From contig OZ220090.1 of NCBI GenBank assembly GCA_964291625.2, positions 384,001-448,000 of the forward strand: a DNA stretch of 64,000 nucleotides, in the 5' to 3' direction. A program made the translations under genes and the position numbers. Shown piece after piece: positions 1 through 10,364 of this stretch (its first letter is position 1; each line of letters opens with the position of its first letter). A model generated the notes under the pieces. It searched no databases. It was not told the origin of the DNA and was given only the letters and a program-made list of their open reading frames with translations. This DNA comes from Candidatus Latescibacterota bacterium (GTDB lineage Bacteria > Latescibacterota > UBA2968 > UBA8231).

Positions 1-817
1 AGGCAGGCGCCAGGGGGTTCCTGCAGAAGATGACCAGGAGGTCCCCGGTGGCGGGGATGCGCGTCGCCAGGAAGCCGGCGCACGGGTCGGTCAGCTCCGG
101 GACCAACTCGGGCCCGGACCAGGTGACGGCGTCGTCTTCGGAATAGCAGCGGGCGAGATACCCCTGCCGGGTGCGGCACATCATGATCAGCCGGCCGTCC
201 TCCAGCTCGACGACGCTCGGCTCTTCGGTGGAGTCCCCGAGGTCGACGAAGCTGCGGCTCGGCCACCAGGAGTACCCGTCGTCGTCCGAGTAGAAGCAGA
301 GGGAGACGCAGTGGTCCCCGGAGGTGAGCCAGAATCCCTCGACGGGAATGACGATGCGCCCCGACGACAGCCGGACCACCTTGTCGGCCTGGCTCTGGCA
401 CGACCCCGGGTAGTGGGCGGCGCAGACCGCCGAGCTCCAGCTCTCTCCCTCGTCCGCCGACCTGCGCACGTACACGTGCTGGTCCAGGGTCGGCGTGTGA
501 TCCCCCCATCCCTCGGGCCGCGCGCTGAGCACCTCCAGCGTGTAGAACAGCAGCACCTCGCCGCTCTCCAGCCGCAGCAGGGTGGGGGCGATCGTCTCGA
601 AGTTGTCCTCCCTCGGCAGCGGCGGGAACGGGTCCCCCCACGTGCGGCCGTCGTCCCGGGACCTGCGGGCCTCGAGCCAGCACTCGCCCTTCAGGGGGTT
701 GGTCTCGATGGCGTGAACGAAAAGCAGGGAGCCGTCCTCCATGCGGAGGATGCTGCCGGAGATGCCGCGGTGGGTGCGGTCGGGCGGCAGGGGGACGACC
801 ACGCGCTCCTCAAACAC
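1..817 (-). CDS. Asp-box (BNR) sialidase-family beta-propeller protein, runs off window start
   Basis: Manual translation from GTG at 817: MFEERVVVPLPP...; repeated Asp boxes SRDDGRTW, SADEGESW, SDDDGYSW, SEDDAVTW; EPSVVELEDGRL motif. Not in ORF track because it has no stop in the window. Confidence 0.85.
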   Translation of the reverse strand, partial: MFEERVVVPLPPDRTHRGISGSILRMEDGSLLFVHAIETNPLKGECWLEARRSRDDGRTWGDPFPPLPREDNFETIAPTLLRLESGEVLLFYTLEVLSARPEGWGDHTPTLDQHVYVRRSADEGESWSSAVCAAHYPGSCQSQADKVVRLSSGRIVIPVEGFWLTSGDHCVSLCFYSDDDGYSWWPSRSFVDLGDSTEEPSVVELEDGRLIMMCRTRQGYLARCYSEDDAVTWSGPELVPELTDPCAGFLATRIPATGDLLVIFCRNPLAPA

Positions 818-1022
818 GGGCGGGCCGGTCCTCGTCGGGGTGCCAGTGGGTCCAGGTCTCGCCCCCGTCCGTCGACTCGAGGACCGGCCAGCCGCCCATG
901 CCCAGGTGATCGCCGCCGTGCGAGGAGATGCAGCCGATGGCGAGGCGTCCACCGGAGAGCCGATGCAGGACGGGGAAGGCGTTGTAACGGCCCTCTTCCC
1001 TCGGGACGATGGTGTGCTTCAC
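810..1022 (-). pseudogene. Short N-terminal fragment of a second Asp-box/sialidase-like protein
   Basis: VKHTIVPREEGRYNAFPVLHRLSGGRLAIG...STDGGETW; one Asp box then stop, overlapping the start of the downstream sialidase-like gene. Confidence 0.5.
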
Positions 1023-1137
1023 GCCGGTGCTCCCTTGCAGGGCCGGGGGCCGCGGACGTGATTCCAGCACCCCGCCGGGGCAAGGTAGAGGAGGGGCGAA
1101 GGGCCAACAACCTCGGGGCGGCGCCTGTCATGAATCG

Positions 1138-1995
1138 ATGGAACTGACCGCAACCCTCCAGGATCTCGGCCTGCCCTCGGAGGCCCTGCTGTGGCAGGCG
1201 GTGCTGCTCACCGTCATCTCCTTCGGCGTCGGCATCGTGGGCGGCTTCGTCGGCCTCGCCCTCGGCACGGTGAGGCTGCCCGTCCTCCTCTTCCTCGGCA
1301 TGCCGTCGACCCTGGCGGCCGGGACCAACATCATCGTCAGCACCGCCAGCTCCCTCTTCGGGGCCCTGCGCCATATGCGGGAGGGGAGGGTCGACCTGCG
1401 GGTCGTCCTGATCATGGGCGTGCCCAGCTTCGCCGGCGCCTTTCTCGGCGGCTACTACGCCGGCGCCGCCCCCGAGGGACTGCTGGTCCTCGTGGTGGGG
1501 ATCCTCGTGCTCTGGCAGGGGATCGAGCTGGCCGCCAAGGCCCGCGCCGCGGCGGAGAGCTCCGGCGGTCCCGGGGCGGCCATGGCCGGCGCCCTGGCCG
1601 GTGGGACGGACCGCCGACGCCACCCGGCCCTGGCCGCGTCCATGGGACTGGTCATCGGCGTGACGGGGGGCGCCGTGGGCCTGATCCTGGGGAGCCTGCG
1701 GCTGCCGGGGCTGATCCGCGTCCTGGGCATGGACCCGCGAGTCGCCGCCGGGACCAACCTCTTCATCGGCTTCGCCATGGGCGCCTCGGGCTGGACGGGC
1801 CACGTCGCCCGGGGCCAGGTCGACTACCCCCTGGCGGTGCTCATGGGCCTGGCCGCCGTGGCCGGCGTCAACATCGGCGCCCGTCAGACCGGCCGCGCCG
1901 GCCTGCGCACCCTGCTGGCGTCGATGGGGGCGGTGCTGATCGTCGTCGGCGTCCTGATGGCCTGGCGGGGCGTGGACGGGTGGCTGCTCCGCTGA
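1138..1995 (+). CDS. Sulfite exporter TauE/SafE family membrane protein
   Basis: Two repeated halves (GGFVGLALG...LAAGTN / GGAVGLILG...VAAGTN), multiple TM helices; ATG at 1138. Confidence 0.85.
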   Translation: MELTATLQDLGLPSEALLWQAVLLTVISFGVGIVGGFVGLALGTVRLPVLLFLGMPSTLAAGTNIIVSTASSLFGALRHMREGRVDLRVVLIMGVPSFAGAFLGGYYAGAAPEGLLVLVVGILVLWQGIELAAKARAAAESSGGPGAAMAGALAGGTDRRRHPALAASMGLVIGVTGGAVGLILGSLRLPGLIRVLGMDPRVAAGTNLFIGFAMGASGWTGHVARGQVDYPLAVLMGLAAVAGVNIGARQTGRAGLRTLLASMGAVLIVVGVLMAWRGVDGWLLR

Positions 1996-1998
1996 GTC

Positions 1999-2769
1999 CT
2001 ACTCGGTGCGGCAGAGCAGGCCGCCGTCGACGGCCAGGTGGGTGCCGGTAACGAAGGAAGCCTCGTCCGACGCCAGGTAGAGGACGGCGTTGGCGATGTC
2101 GCCGCCGTGGCCCAGCCGTTTGGCCGGCACCATCTCGGCGTAGCGCCGCCGCTCCTCTTCCGGGACCTCCAGGTTGTCCCACAGTGGGGTGAGGATCGCC
2201 CCGGGCAGCACCGCGTTGACGCGGATGTCGGGACCGTAGTCGAGGGCGAGGACGCGCGTGAGTCCGAGGATCCCGGCCTTGGCTGAGTCGTACGCGGTGC
2301 AGGTGGCGAAGCTGACGAGGGAGTGGACGGAGCCGGTGTTGATGATCGCCCCTCCGCCGGTCTTGCGCATCACGGGGATGCCGAACTTCGAGGCCAGGAA
2401 GACCGCCTTCAGGCCGACGTTCAGGGTGAGGTCCCAGCCCGCTTCGTCGAGCTCGGTAGCGGAGCCGTGCCGGAAGGCGATGGCGTTGTTGTGCAGGATA
2501 TCGAGACGTCCGAAGCGCTCCTCGGTGCGGGCGACCATGCCCTCGATCTCGTCGGTCCGGCTCAGGTCGGTGCGGATGAACACGCTCTCACCCCCCGTTT
2601 CCCTGATTTCCGCGGCCACACGCTCTCCGTTGATCTCGTCGATGTCGGCCACCGCTACCGAGGCCCCTTCTTCGGCCAAGCGCCTTGCGGTCGCTTCTCC
2701 GATCCCGGAGGCGGCCCCGGTGACGATGGCTGTCTTGCCGGCGACGCGGCCGGGCTGGTCCGAGTCCAT
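1999..2769 (-). CDS. Short-chain dehydrogenase/reductase (classical SDR)
   Basis: TGAASGIG, NNA, YDSAK catalytic motif, IRVNAVLPG, VDGG. Confidence 0.95.
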   Translation of the reverse strand: MDSDQPGRVAGKTAIVTGAASGIGEATARRLAEEGASVAVADIDEINGERVAAEIRETGGESVFIRTDLSRTDEIEGMVARTEERFGRLDILHNNAIAFRHGSATELDEAGWDLTLNVGLKAVFLASKFGIPVMRKTGGGAIINTGSVHSLVSFATCTAYDSAKAGILGLTRVLALDYGPDIRVNAVLPGAILTPLWDNLEVPEEERRRYAEMVPAKRLGHGGDIANAVLYLASDEASFVTGTHLAVDGGLLCRTE

Positions 2770-2869
2770 GACAGTCTCCTCGTTGGGGGTCTGAAGGAAG
2801 GGACAGCCACCCGGGACCTCAAGATCTCAAGCCACGGATTTCCCTGGGGCATCCGGTCTCGACTTTTTT

Positions 2870-2898
2870 CTGCAAACGCATGCAAAATCACTTATCTT
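2870..2898 (+). promoter_or_regulatory. Putative sigma70 promoter (CTGCAA-17bp-TATCTT) with overlapping imperfect palindrome TGCAAACGCATGCA
   Basis: AT-rich patch in the divergent SDR/TonB intergenic region; RBS GAGGAGG precedes ATG 2937. Confidence 0.35.
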
Positions 2899-2936
2899 CC
2901 GGCCAATTCGGGACCGTCGATCAGAGGAGGCTGCTC

Positions 2937-5900
2937 ATGCTGAACCGTTCTTTGTATCGCCTTTCGGTAGCTGCCGCCCTCGCCGCTCTGGCGGGGGCCG
3001 GCACGGCACACGCCGCCGCCGGGAAGATCGCCGGCACGGTGACCGATGCCGGCACCGGGTCGGCGCTGGCCAATGCCAACGTCCTGCTGATGGAGACGGA
3101 GGCCGCCGCCTCCACCGATTCCGAGGGCCGCTTCTTCCTCCTCAACGTCTCCCCCGGGATCTACACCCTGAGAGTCACCTACGTAGGGTACCGCCCCGTC
3201 ATCATCGAGGAGGTGCGCGTGTCGGCGGACCTCACCACCAATCTCGAGTTCCGCCTCGGCGGCGAGGCGATCGAGGTCGAGGAGGTGGTGATCAAGGCGG
3301 AGCGCCCCATCATCGACAAGAACGCCACCAACGCGGTGCGCATCGTCGAGGCCGAAGACATCGAGATCCTGCCCGGCCGGGGACTGGGCTCGGTGATCAA
3401 CCTCCAGCCCGGGGTGGTCATTGACGAAGGCGCCCTGCACATCCGCGGCTCCCGCTCCGACGAGGTCGGCTACTTCGTCGACGGGGCCAGCGCCCGCAAC
3501 CCGGTTTCGGGAGGCAGGGCGGTCGCCGTGATCGACGAGGCCCTGCAGGAGATCCAGCTTCAGGCCGGCGGCTTCAATGCCGAGTACGGCGGCGCCAACG
3601 CCGGCATCATCCTCCAGGAACTGCGCACCGGCGCGCCCGACTGGGAGGTCGGGCTGCTGACCGAGAGCGATGGCTTCACCTCCAAGTACGAGGAACGCTT
3701 CGGAACCTACTCCTACGGCTACTCCAACCAGGTCCTCACCCTGAGCGGTCCGGTGGCCGGCAACAGGGTCCGGGCCTTCCTGGCCGGCCAGCGCCGGATC
3801 CAGGACTCGGTTCCCACCTATTGGGAGGGATTCGAGTTCGACGACTTGGTCGACACGGGAGACCGCGGCGGACGGATCCACTGGCGCGAGGACGAGGAAG
3901 GCAACGCCATCCCCGACACGGTGAACCTGCGGCTGCAGCCGGGCAACATCGATCACACCCGCTCGGAGCTCCTCAGCTTCAACGGCACCCTGCTCGTCGA
4001 CCTGCAGCCCTTCCAGTTGCGTCTCACCAGCCTCTACTCCACCTCGGAAGGGGAGAACAACGGCGCCCCCGTGTACAGCATGCTCAACACGGCGCGCCTC
4101 TCCGAGGACGAGACGGAGTCGAGTCTGCACAATCTCAAGGCCACCCACTTCCTCGGTCCGCGGACGTTCTACGAGGTGAACGTCAGTCTCTACGATCAGG
4201 GCCGCCGAGTCTTCGACCCGGCCTTCGGAGACGCCTACCTGCTCTACAACGACAGCCTCGCCGTGGCCCGGGTCGATCCCGAGTTCATCCCCTACTCGGC
4301 CCAGGGGATCTCGCTACGGTCGTATGATCTCAACGGCTTCCCCTTTGCCCGCCGGGGCGACCTGGCCGCCGGCTACGGCAAGGCGGAGGAGAGCTACTAC
4401 GGGGTCAGCGGCAGCCTGACGCGCCAGACCGACGCCCACGAGTACAAGGTCGGCTTCGACTTCCAGCGCTGGACCTCGCGGCGCTACGGCGTCAGCACGG
4501 GCGGCCTCCGCCTCGCCATCGAGAACACCTACCCGGAGCTGGATGCGGTCTACGACCAGTACTACGACGGGACGATCGCCGCCGGCGAGCTGCTGGACGC
4601 GATCATCGCCAAGGCCGAGACCTTGGATGACGGCGAGGGCAGCCTGGAGGACTTCGCCAGCCTCGTCCGCAATACCAGCCGGGCCGACTACTTCGGCTTC
4701 GACGCCTTCGGACGGCGGGACCAGGGCAGCGGCCTGGAGGCGCCGCGCCACCCGGTGCTGGCCTCGGCCTTCGTCCAGGACAAGGTCGAGTACGGGGATC
4801 TCATCGTGAACGCCGGCCTGCGCTGGGACTACTACGATGTCGACAGCTACCGTTTCAAGGACCCTGCGGCTCCCGAGCGGGACGACACGCGTTACACCAT
4901 CGATCTCGATTCGATGACGAAGACCCGCACCTTCAGCGAGCTCACCCCGAGGCTCGGGTTCTCCTTCCCCGTGTCGGACGTGACCGTATTCCACGTCCAG
5001 TACGGCCGCTTCACGCAGATGCCGGCCATGCGCTCCATGTTCGCCGGCGGGGCCCGGCTGGCCCTGGAGCTGGGCGGGCAGAACTTCATCTCCGTGCCCA
5101 CGGCCCTGGACATCGAGCCGGTCCGCACCACCCAGTACGAGATCGGGTTCGAGCGCCAGTTCACCGCGGACGCCTCCTTCGACATCACCGGCTTCTACCG
5201 GGACGTCAAGGGTCAGCTCCATCTGCAGCGGCAGGACGTCTCGGCCGAAGCGGTGAAAGCCAGTGCCTACAACTTCCTGCAGAACGGCGACTTCGCCACC
5301 ACCAAGGGTCTCGAGTTCGTCTTCAAGCTGCGCCGCGTCAACCGCCTGCGCAGCGAGCTCAACTATACCTTGTCGGACGCCCGCGGCACCGGGTCGTCGA
5401 TCAACTCGGCCGTCTCCGGGGTGGAGAACAACACCAACCTGCCGACGATCATCTCGCCCCTGGACTTCAACGAGACCCACCGGGGCAACATCTTCCTCGA
5501 CTACCGCTTCGCCGAGAACGACGGCGGCGCCATCCTGGAGAACCTGGGGGCCAACCTGCTGATGAAGTTCAGCAGCGGCCACAACTTCACCCTCTTCACC
5601 GGGTCCATCGGCCAGCGGGGGCCGGAGGAAGGCGGGATCCTGGCCGGCGACGATCCGCGATCGCGCAAGCCCGCCGAGAGCATCAACGTCTCCTCGACCC
5701 CGTGGACCTTCGAGGTCGATCTCAAGGTCGACAAGGGGGTCGATCTCTTCGGAGTCGACACCAATCTCTATCTGTACGTGTACAACCTCTTCAACCGCAG
5801 GAACGTGATCAACGTGTACGGCCGTACCGGAAACGCCGAGGACGACGGCTTCCTGACCAACCCGGATCTGAGCAGCCAGATCGTCGAGGCGAGCGGCGGC

Positions 5901-6026
5901 CAGACCTACCGGCAGCTGTACGAGGCGATCAACCTCGTCAACCGGCAGCACTACTGGACGACCCAGGGCGGCGACATTCTCGGCGATCCGCGCCAGATCC
6001 GCTTCGGCGTCGAGCTGGGACTCTAG
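2937..6026 (+). CDS. TonB-dependent receptor with N-terminal carboxypeptidase-regulatory-like domain
   Basis: Signal peptide; GKIAGTVTD...DSEGRFFLLNVSPGIY; plug motifs HIRGSRSDEVGYFVDG and GGFNAEYG; C-terminal PRQIRFGVELGL strand. Confidence 0.92.
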   Translation: MLNRSLYRLSVAAALAALAGAGTAHAAAGKIAGTVTDAGTGSALANANVLLMETEAAASTDSEGRFFLLNVSPGIYTLRVTYVGYRPVIIEEVRVSADLTTNLEFRLGGEAIEVEEVVIKAERPIIDKNATNAVRIVEAEDIEILPGRGLGSVINLQPGVVIDEGALHIRGSRSDEVGYFVDGASARNPVSGGRAVAVIDEALQEIQLQAGGFNAEYGGANAGIILQELRTGAPDWEVGLLTESDGFTSKYEERFGTYSYGYSNQVLTLSGPVAGNRVRAFLAGQRRIQDSVPTYWEGFEFDDLVDTGDRGGRIHWREDEEGNAIPDTVNLRLQPGNIDHTRSELLSFNGTLLVDLQPFQLRLTSLYSTSEGENNGAPVYSMLNTARLSEDETESSLHNLKATHFLGPRTFYEVNVSLYDQGRRVFDPAFGDAYLLYNDSLAVARVDPEFIPYSAQGISLRSYDLNGFPFARRGDLAAGYGKAEESYYGVSGSLTRQTDAHEYKVGFDFQRWTSRRYGVSTGGLRLAIENTYPELDAVYDQYYDGTIAAGELLDAIIAKAETLDDGEGSLEDFASLVRNTSRADYFGFDAFGRRDQGSGLEAPRHPVLASAFVQDKVEYGDLIVNAGLRWDYYDVDSYRFKDPAAPERDDTRYTIDLDSMTKTRTFSELTPRLGFSFPVSDVTVFHVQYGRFTQMPAMRSMFAGGARLALELGGQNFISVPTALDIEPVRTTQYEIGFERQFTADASFDITGFYRDVKGQLHLQRQDVSAEAVKASAYNFLQNGDFATTKGLEFVFKLRRVNRLRSELNYTLSDARGTGSSINSAVSGVENNTNLPTIISPLDFNETHRGNIFLDYRFAENDGGAILENLGANLLMKFSSGHNFTLFTGSIGQRGPEEGGILAGDDPRSRKPAESINVSSTPWTFEVDLKVDKGVDLFGVDTNLYLYVYNLFNRRNVINVYGRTGNAEDDGFLTNPDLSSQIVEASGGQTYRQLYEAINLVNRQHYWTTQGGDILGDPRQIRFGVELGL

Positions 6027-6047
6027 AGAGGGAAGGGGGAGCGACCC

Positions 6048-9000
6048 GTGAAGAAGCTCATCACCTTCGTGGCGGCCGGGGCGCTGCTGGGAGCCACCGG
6101 TGCCGTGGAAGGCCGCGGCCTCCAGGCCTACGGGGCGGCCAAGGCCGCCCAGGACGAGGCCAGACCCGGCCAGCAGGCCCTGATCAACGTCAACAACATG
6201 GCCATGTGGTTCCGGAGCGACGGCATGACCGGGCACAACCCTCTCAATGGCAATTCGGGCGTGACTTTTCCGCGCTCCACCGGCCAGGTCATCTACTGGG
6301 ACGGCCTGATCTGGGGTGGCATCGTCAAGGACGGCGATCCCCAGGAGTTGCGCGTCGGCGGCCAGACCTACGAGATCGGCACCGTTCCCGGCGGCATCGT
6401 CAGCCGGGGCGTGGCCGAGGATCCGGACGACCCCGGGGTGCGCATCTACCGCATCCGCCGGGACTTCCGGACCGCGGACCTGCGCCTCGACGTGTCCGAG
6501 ATGCAGGGGATTGGGCTGGGCGAGGTCACCGATGGTGACGTCGAGGAATTGCGGGCCCAGTACGAGCGCGACTGGCAGGAGTGGCCTTGGCAGAAGGGGG
6601 CGCCGTACTACGACAACGACGGCAGCGGCTCGTACGACCCGGATGTCGACGAACCGGGCGTGGCCGGGGCCGACCAGGTGGCCTGGTTCGTGGTCAACGA
6701 CCTCGCCGAGGGACCGGTCAACTCGCTCTACGGGTCCAAGCCCATCGGCCTGGAAGTGCAGATGCTGTTCTGGGCCTATGCCCGCACCGACGCCCTGGGA
6801 GACGTGATCTTCAAGAAGTTCACCGTCATCTACGAGGGCACGAGCGCCACCCCCGACACGGCCCGCATCGAGGACATGTACTTCGCCCAGTGGTCCGACC
6901 CGGACTTGGGCGACTTTGGCGACGACTTCGCCGGGTCCGACGTCGATCTGAGCCTGGGTTACGTGTACAACTCCTCGGACAACGATCACACCTACGAATT
7001 CTACGGGCTGGCGCCGCCGGCCGTGGGCTACGACTTCCTCCAGGGGCCTGTCGTACCGGTCTTCCTCAAGGACGAGAACGGCGACACCGTCCTCGACGAG
7101 CAGGGACAACCCGTCCTCGACACGAGTTCCCAAGCGATCTTCAACTTTGGCCTGCGTCCCGGCTTCCGCAACCTGCCCATGACCTCCTTCGTCTACTTCG
7201 CCGCCGGCTCGGCGATCAGCGATCCGGATCTTGGAGACTACGTCGGCACCCAGCAGTGGTACAACCTGCTGCGCGGCTTCCAGCCGCAGCCCGACATCGA
7301 CAATCCGGTGCCCTACACGAACCCCCTGACCGGCGAGGCCACCCTCTTCACCCTCGACGGCGATCCGACCACGGCCCAGGGCTGGAACGACGGCGTCCCC
7401 CTGCCCTCGGGAGACCGGCGCATCGTGCTGAATACGGGGCCTTTCGAGATGGCCCTGGGAGACACGCAGGAGGTGGTGGTGGCCCTGCTGGGCGGCATCT
7501 CCACCGACCGCCTGCGCAGCGTCTCCAAGCTCAAGTTCAGCGACCAGTTCGTGCAGGACGCGTACAACAGCTTCTTCCAGGTGCCGTCGCCGCCGGCGGG
7601 CCCCGACGTGCGGGTCACCGAGCTGGAGGCCCGGGTCCTGCTCGACTGGGGCTGGAACGACGAGGCGATCCGCCAGACCGAGGCCGATGACGGCTCGGGG
7701 TTCCTCTTCGAGGGCTACAACCTCTACCAGCTGCCCTCGGCCGAGGCCCCCCTCGACCAGGGGACCCGCCTGGCTACATATGACCTGGAGAACGGGGTCG
7801 CCGCGGTTCTCGGCATCGCCCTCGACGACGAGTCGGGGGTCATCCTGGAGGTGCCCCTTCAGGTCGGGTCCGACTTCGGGGTCCGGCGCCGGGCCTGGGT
7901 GACCCACGATGCCCTGCGCGGAGGCCCCCTGGTCAACGGTCAGGAGTACTACTTCGCGGTCACCGCCTACAACCGGAACACCGCCGAAGGGGCCGCCGTG
8001 ACCACCCTGGAGAGCAGCCCCCGGACGCTCATCTGCGTGCCCCGGAAGCCGCCCCTGGGGACCCGCTACGGCACCGAGGCGGACGACACCCTGCCTGTCG
8101 ACCACGTCGGAGGCAGCGAGGGAACGGTGGTGGTCAAGGTGGTGGACCCGACCCGCACCACCGGGCACTCCTATCAGGTCGAGTTCGGGGAGGAGGAAGG
8201 GGTGGTGGTCTGGGACCTGGTCAACACGACCTCGGGACAGACGGTCCTGGAGAACCAGACCGACCAGGCGGGATCGGCCTTCTATCTCCCCGATGACGGA
8301 TTCGAGGTGATGGTCTCCGGCCCGCCCCTCTCCATCAGGAGCTGGGAGTGGCTGCGCGACGGCGAGCCGAACAACGACGACCGCTGGCTCAGCGGGGTCA
8401 ACTGGGGAGGCAGCTCCTTCTTCGGCGGCGCCGACCTCGGGATGAACTTCTTCGGCAGCTCGATCACCACGGGGGCGGAGTTCGTCGCCGTCGAGATCCG
8501 CTTCAGCAACACGAACACCCAGAAGGCCTACCGCTACCTGAGAGGGGGAGACCCCAACTACGGATTCCAGGACTTCGTCGACGTGCCCTTCACCGTCTGG
8601 GACATCGACAGTGATCCGCCGAGGCAGTTGAACGCCGCCTTCGTGGAGAACAGCGAGTCCCCCGCCGAAGACGGCACTTGGCTCCCCGTCACTTTCGAGG
8701 AAGACCTCGGCGGGCGGGAGTACCTTTTCATCCTGAAGAGCGACTACAGCGACGAGTCACTGGCCCAATACGCGGAGAGCAACATAGCGGCCACCGCGGC
8801 AGACTTCGACGTCCTCTACGCCATGTGGCCGGTCCTGCGGCCCGGGCATGAGAATACGGAGCTGGCCGACGGCCAGGCCCTGCGTTTTACCCCCTACCGC
8901 GTCAACACCTCGGCCGATGTCTTCCGCTTCGAGGTGCCCGGCACCCTGTTCGATTCCGAGCAGCAGAAGGAGGACGTGGCCCTCATCAACGTCTTCCCCA

Positions 9001-9293
9001 ATCCTTACTACGGGGTCAACGAGGCCGAGACCTCCCCGTACAGCCACTTCGTTACCTTCAGCCACCTGCCGCCGAGGGCGACGGTGCGGCTCTACGACCT
9101 GGCCGGCAACCTGGTGCGGGTTCTGGAGAAGAGCGATCCCGCCTCGTTCCTGCGCTGGGACCTCAACAACCACAACGGCCTGCCGGTGGCCAGCGGCATC
9201 TACCTCGCCCACCTGGAGTTGCCCGACATCGGCGCGAACCGGACCCTGAAACTGGTGATCGTGCAGGAGCAGCAGTTCCTGGAGAGCTACTGA
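6048..9293 (+). CDS. Large secreted protein with C-terminal T9SS type-A/FlgD-Ig-like sorting domain
   Basis: Signal peptide; acidic DxD-rich body; FN3-like YYFAVTAYN segment; C-terminal INVFPNPYY...VRLYDLAGNLVRVL...WDLNNHNGLPVASGIYL. Confidence 0.8.
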   Translation: MKKLITFVAAGALLGATGAVEGRGLQAYGAAKAAQDEARPGQQALINVNNMAMWFRSDGMTGHNPLNGNSGVTFPRSTGQVIYWDGLIWGGIVKDGDPQELRVGGQTYEIGTVPGGIVSRGVAEDPDDPGVRIYRIRRDFRTADLRLDVSEMQGIGLGEVTDGDVEELRAQYERDWQEWPWQKGAPYYDNDGSGSYDPDVDEPGVAGADQVAWFVVNDLAEGPVNSLYGSKPIGLEVQMLFWAYARTDALGDVIFKKFTVIYEGTSATPDTARIEDMYFAQWSDPDLGDFGDDFAGSDVDLSLGYVYNSSDNDHTYEFYGLAPPAVGYDFLQGPVVPVFLKDENGDTVLDEQGQPVLDTSSQAIFNFGLRPGFRNLPMTSFVYFAAGSAISDPDLGDYVGTQQWYNLLRGFQPQPDIDNPVPYTNPLTGEATLFTLDGDPTTAQGWNDGVPLPSGDRRIVLNTGPFEMALGDTQEVVVALLGGISTDRLRSVSKLKFSDQFVQDAYNSFFQVPSPPAGPDVRVTELEARVLLDWGWNDEAIRQTEADDGSGFLFEGYNLYQLPSAEAPLDQGTRLATYDLENGVAAVLGIALDDESGVILEVPLQVGSDFGVRRRAWVTHDALRGGPLVNGQEYYFAVTAYNRNTAEGAAVTTLESSPRTLICVPRKPPLGTRYGTEADDTLPVDHVGGSEGTVVVKVVDPTRTTGHSYQVEFGEEEGVVVWDLVNTTSGQTVLENQTDQAGSAFYLPDDGFEVMVSGPPLSIRSWEWLRDGEPNNDDRWLSGVNWGGSSFFGGADLGMNFFGSSITTGAEFVAVEIRFSNTNTQKAYRYLRGGDPNYGFQDFVDVPFTVWDIDSDPPRQLNAAFVENSESPAEDGTWLPVTFEEDLGGREYLFILKSDYSDESLAQYAESNIAATAADFDVLYAMWPVLRPGHENTELADGQALRFTPYRVNTSADVFRFEVPGTLFDSEQQKEDVALINVFPNPYYGVNEAETSPYSHFVTFSHLPPRATVRLYDLAGNLVRVLEKSDPASFLRWDLNNHNGLPVASGIYLAHLELPDIGANRTLKLVIVQEQQFLESY

Positions 9294-9304
9294 GGAGACC
9301 TGTC

Positions 9305-10330
9305 ATGACTCGCATCGAAAAGACCGTCCCCCTGCTGCTGGCGGGCCTTCTCTTCCTCGGAGGCACCCAGGCCGACGCGGCCGGGCGCGACCGCATCGGA
9401 ACCTCCGCGGCGCCGGAGCTGCTGATTCCGGTGGGGGCCCGCGGCATGGCCCTCGGGGGCGCTTCCATCGCCACCGCCTCAGGGGTCGACGCCCTGTACT
9501 GGAATCCCGCGGGACTCTTCCGGTCCGCCAACCGGGTCGATCTGATGGTGTCGACCATGGACTACATCGCCGGGATCCAGGTCAACTACCTGGCCGTGGG
9601 CAGCCACTTTTCCGGCCTCGGCAACCTCGCCGTGAGTATCAAGTCGCTGGACATCGGGGACATCCCGATCACCACCGAGGGCCAACCTGACGGGACGGGG
9701 GGCAGCTTCAGGCCGACCTTCTTCACCGTGGGTGTTCACTACGGCCGCGGTCTGACGGACCGCATCGGCCTGGGCACCACCCTTCACTACATCACCAACC
9801 GGGTCGACCGCGCCCAGGCGACGGGTCTCTCCTTCAGCGCCGGGCTCCAGTATCTCGACCTGGCCGACATCCCGGGGCTGGACCTGGGGGTGACGGTCAA
9901 GCACATCGGCCAGCGAATGAGGTTCGAGGGGCCGGGTCTGCTGAACCGGGGCGACCTGGGTACCCTGCGGCGCGGCCCTTCCTTCTACAACGTCGAGGCG
10001 AGCTCGGCCGATCTGCCCTCGATCTTCGAGCTGGGCCTGTCCTGGAACCGCCCGCTGCCGGGGATGGCGGAGCTGAACCTCAGCTCCGTCTTCCAGCACC
10101 ACAACTACAGCTACGACCAGTACAAGGTGGGAGTCGAGTACGAGTACAACGACTTCCTGGCCTTGCGAGGCGGTTTCGACTACGCCTCCGACGCCGAGGA
10201 CGACACCTACCTCTTCGGCAACAGCTTCGGCCTCGGGTTGGGCCTGGGCCCCGGAACCCTCGACTACTCCTACGGCGGCGTCGACCGCTTCGACGCGCTC
10301 CACACCTTCACCTTCCAGCTCGGCTTCTGA
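9305..10330 (+). CDS. PorV/PorQ-family (UPF0164-like) outer-membrane beta-barrel
   Basis: LLIPVGARGMALGGA...ALYWNPAGL N-terminal motif; amphipathic strands; C-terminal Phe. Confidence 0.85.
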   Translation: MTRIEKTVPLLLAGLLFLGGTQADAAGRDRIGTSAAPELLIPVGARGMALGGASIATASGVDALYWNPAGLFRSANRVDLMVSTMDYIAGIQVNYLAVGSHFSGLGNLAVSIKSLDIGDIPITTEGQPDGTGGSFRPTFFTVGVHYGRGLTDRIGLGTTLHYITNRVDRAQATGLSFSAGLQYLDLADIPGLDLGVTVKHIGQRMRFEGPGLLNRGDLGTLRRGPSFYNVEASSADLPSIFELGLSWNRPLPGMAELNLSSVFQHHNYSYDQYKVGVEYEYNDFLALRGGFDYASDAEDDTYLFGNSFGLGLGLGPGTLDYSYGGVDRFDALHTFTFQLGF

Positions 10331-10364
10331 CTCCAGCTCCGTTTTCGAAACGGCCGCCGGTCCC

